DNA from: Candidatus Poribacteria bacterium
GTDB taxonomy: Bacteria > Poribacteria > WGA-4E > PCPOR2b
Assembly: GCA_965218095.1 (NCBI GenBank)
Contig: OZ244587.1
Coordinates: forward strand, 256,001-320,000
Length of the DNA: 64,000 nucleotides
Direction: 5' to 3'
Shown piece after piece: positions 61,242 to 64,000 of this stretch. The position numbers and the translations under genes are program-made. Positions within the stretch are counted from its first letter, which is position 1, and every line of letters starts with the position of its first letter. The notes under the pieces were generated by a model. It was not told the origin of the DNA. It saw only the letters and a program-made list of their open reading frames with translations, and searched no databases.

Positions 61242-62168
61242 ATGATTGGAAGCCTGCAAAGGGTTTCTTTACGTGAGGTTTGGCCCCATGAAGCACGCGA
61301 TTTCACAAAGTGGCTTGAGAACAACATTGATGAGTTGAATAACGCGATTGACCTGTCACTCTCAATCGTAGAACGTGAGCATCCAGCAGGTGATTTCAGC
61401 GTAGACCTCGTCGCAGAAGATGAATCGGGGAATCCTGTTATTATTGAAAATCAGCTTGAGCGGAGTAACCATGACCACCTCGGCAAGCTAATCACCTATT
61501 TGGCCGCAATCGGTGCCAAAGCCGCTATCTGGATTGTCGCTGATCCCAGGCCCGAACACGTCGGCGCGATTTCTTGGCTGAATGAATCGTCTTCGGCCTC
61601 CTTCTATCTGCTTAAGCTTGAAGCAGTTCGGATCGGAGATTCGCCACCAGCACCGCTGCTAACACTGATTGTTGGTCCCAGTGAGGAAATCCGGGAAGCT
61701 GGCGAAAAGAAGAAGGAACTCACAGAAAAGCACATTCTCTGCCGCCGGTTTTGCACACAGTTGTTGAAACAGGCTAAAGAAAGAACCCAACTACATGCCA
61801 ACAGTTTACCCAGCCAGAGGGGAGAGATATGGACAACAGAAAGTGGGTTATCCTTTGGATACGTTATCCGGCAACATAAATCTAATGTGGAGCTGTACAT
61901 CGATCGAGGCGAGGGTGCGGACAGGGAGAATAATGAGATCTTCGATACGCTCGAAAAAGCTAAAGGAGAGATTGAAGAAGCCTTTGGTAAACCTCTCGAA
62001 TGGCTTCCCCTCGAAGACAAGCGTGCTTGTCGAATTGTAAAACGATTTTCTCTGGGCGGTTACCGAGACGATGAAGAGAAGTGGCCGGAGGTACAGGACG
62101 CCATGATTGATGGGATGATTCAGTTGGAGAAGGCATTCAGATCTCATATTGACAAGTTACCGGTGTAA
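61242..62168 (+). CDS. DUF4268 domain protein with N-terminal endonuclease-like domain
   Basis: LREVWPHEARDFTKWL, VDL, IIENQL..SNHDHLGKLITY, FGKPLEW, KRACRI. Confidence 0.85.
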   Translation: MIGSLQRVSLREVWPHEARDFTKWLENNIDELNNAIDLSLSIVEREHPAGDFSVDLVAEDESGNPVIIENQLERSNHDHLGKLITYLAAIGAKAAIWIVADPRPEHVGAISWLNESSSASFYLLKLEAVRIGDSPPAPLLTLIVGPSEEIREAGEKKKELTEKHILCRRFCTQLLKQAKERTQLHANSLPSQRGEIWTTESGLSFGYVIRQHKSNVELYIDRGEGADRENNEIFDTLEKAKGEIEEAFGKPLEWLPLEDKRACRIVKRFSLGGYRDDEEKWPEVQDAMIDGMIQLEKAFRSHIDKLPV

Positions 62169-62217
62169 TTATCATCACGGGTTTATCCCCCACCATATAG
62201 CAAGGGGGCAATTGAAT

Positions 62218-62547
62218 ATGGCATTTCCATCACACGGTGTTACTCACCGTCCAACCGTGACCGGCACGCACGGCATGGTTTCCAGCGCGCACCCCCTCGC
62301 AAGTTTGGCGGGTGCGCGGATATTACTTCAGGGCGGCAACGCTTTCGATGCAACCGTTTTCAAGACGCATAGGACCGAGGAAGTAGAGAAACAGTTACAC
62401 GACATCTACGGGGTGATTGACCAAGTTGTCATACGTCTTTATCTTGAGGTTGCACACGAAAGCGGTGGGTCTGAGGAAACAGTCGAGGAAATTCCGATGA
62501 GTTACTCCACCGCTTCTACAATTGAAACCAATTTTCTTTGTGGGTAG
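62218..62547 (+). pseudogene. Gamma-glutamyltransferase N-terminal fragment fused to unrelated sequence
   Basis: GMVSSAHPLASLAGARILLQGGNAFDA; similarity lost near 62357. Confidence 0.8.
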
Positions 62548-62632
62548 CTTTTGGGAAATTTAGATAAAAAAAGCCATGTAGAACAATCTACATGACTTTT
62601 TATGTATATCAGAACGATAAGATCTGCAGAAT

Positions 62633-63193
62633 CTATCGGCGATCAGGGCGACGGCGGATTTGTTCCCGCCGTGCTTTGCGTTCCTCATCAACCTCCGTAT
62701 CTCTGTCCGGTAGATGGCGCCGCTGTTTCAACCGCCGCCATGTTTCCCTCCCGTTCTCTCGACGTTCACCCGATGACGTTTGCCGGCTCCGATTCCCCGA
62801 CCGTTGGAAAGAGTTATCTTCTCGCTGCCCTACGCGTCGGCTATTCTGGCGATTCGAGTTCGTAGGTTGGACTGAATCTTGGGTTGGTGCACGCCGGATG
62901 GGAGCCTCATCCTCGGTGTAGCTATCATTCGGATTTGGGGCAATCGCGTAGCCACCATAATGCAGGTCTTCCGCATATTGATAGTAGTGTGACATGTGCC
63001 AAGCGTCATAGGAGTAATGTGGTGGGGGACTGCCGTAACCTCCAAAGTAGTAGCCATCGTACACAACTTCCTCCCGTTCATCAACCGCTTCATAAGGTTG
63101 GTCTAGAGGGACGAGGCGAGCACTACACCCTGTCAAGCCACTAAAGGCGAACACCCCAAGCACGATAGCGTAGATGAAATCGCGAGGTTTCAT
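62633..63193 (-). CDS. Hypothetical lipoprotein with Tyr-rich and Arg-rich low-complexity parts
   Basis: LTGC lipobox. Confidence 0.7.
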   Translation of the reverse strand: MKPRDFIYAIVLGVFAFSGLTGCSARLVPLDQPYEAVDEREEVVYDGYYFGGYGSPPPHYSYDAWHMSHYYQYAEDLHYGGYAIAPNPNDSYTEDEAPIRRAPTQDSVQPTNSNRQNSRRVGQREDNSFQRSGNRSRQTSSGERRENGRETWRRLKQRRHLPDRDTEVDEERKARREQIRRRPDRR

Positions 63194-63261
63194 AGTATCC
63201 CCCTATTTCGCCGTTGGCAGATTATCAGCTATCTGTACTACTCGCTTGTTGAAACGACGGG

Positions 63262-64000
63262 TTAATCTCCCCATGCCTCTCCACGAGGCACCCACAACGA
63301 TTGCCCTTCATAGATGCGATCGCGATCAAAGTGATAATCGTCTTGATTTGCTTCGACTAGCCTTGGCCAAAGCTTGGCATTGTCGTAGACTTCTGGACGT
63401 GAAGCAATTATTGAAAGTGTATCGCCTTTACGCACACGATATTGGTTGACTTTCTTTGGAGAAGTGATTGTAAAACTAAAGCTGTGGCCCGAAGCAAGGG
63501 TGTTGGCGGCGGCGGAAGTATCTTCGACGTCTGATATGCTAATGGTATATTTGCGCCCCGCCCGAAATCGATCATTGGGAGTAAATGTAATTGTGTTTCC
63601 GCTACCAGAGACACTACCAGCAATCTCACCAGATTGTTGGCTTACCGATAAAGAACCCGATGCGCTGTTAACATCTTCGCTGAAGGTGATTGAAATCGGA
63701 ACACCCACACTCAGGGAGTCTTCATAATCAGATATGACTGTTCCATCTGAGGGATTTGTTCCCGTGATTGTCGGGGGCGTTGTATCGGTGTAGGTGAATT
63801 TCTGGGACATTGTGACAATACCTTCTGGCTCGGTATTGCCCTTGTTGGTTACAGCAACCGAAACCGATTCTCCCGCTGTCCCCGGCGGCGTCATTGCTGT
63901 AATCTCGGTTTTACCTGGGACATTTACATTTGTGGCATCTTTCCCACCGAATTTAACCATAACGCCCTTTTTCATATCAAATTTCTCGCCTGTAATTCGG
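63262..64000 (-). CDS. IPT/TIG + Ig-like + LysM protein (5' end outside window)
   Basis: VKFGG..AT, ITAMTPPG, DTTPPTITGTNP, YRVRKGDTLSIIA..VY....W..L..AN. Confidence 0.85.
   Translation of the reverse strand, partial: RITGEKFDMKKGVMVKFGGKDATNVNVPGKTEITAMTPPGTAGESVSVAVTNKGNTEPEGIVTMSQKFTYTDTTPPTITGTNPSDGTVISDYEDSLSVGVPISITFSEDVNSASGSLSVSQQSGEIAGSVSGSGNTITFTPNDRFRAGRKYTISISDVEDTSAAANTLASGHSFSFTITSPKKVNQYRVRKGDTLSIIASRPEVYDNAKLWPRLVEANQDDYHFDRDRIYEGQSLWVPRGEAWGD

Overview
Bacterial genomic window. Gene content (Pup-proteasome, FlgD/PQQ/TolB secreted proteins, planctomycete-type cytochrome c, dense short palindromes) resembles Candidatus Poribacteria; this is an inference, not verified. 1-18 kb is largely decaying. 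It holds an alpha-2-macroglobulin pseudogene split by an IS5 with perfect ends and three in-frame stops (one exactly at the thioester Cys), a broken pbpC, a glyoxalase remnant, intact lexA, an HExxH toxin remnant followed by a small gene interrupted by an ORF-less group II intron whose excision restores the frame, and a large broken secreted protein. 18-31 kb: ElbD-like FAR-A-ACP-acyltransferase enzyme plus HAD phosphatase, thiocyanate/nitrile-hydratase beta fragments, tenA and others. 31.7-35.4 kb: best candidate for an undescribed system, a three-gene cassette of DpnA-type DNA methyltransferase + single-domain MutH/Sau3AI-like protein (catalytic Asp->Asn) + archaeosine-TGT-like transglycosylase with a DUF5591-like tail and a sliding-clamp-like motif. 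40-56 kb: lnt, recA, complete arc-dop-pup-prcB-prcA-pafA operon, ppdK. 56-62 kb: helicase-less type ISP-like RM enzyme, DUF4062- and DUF4268-like genes. No tRNA, rRNA or CRISPR array was recognised. Family assignments come from motif recognition by eye, not database searches.
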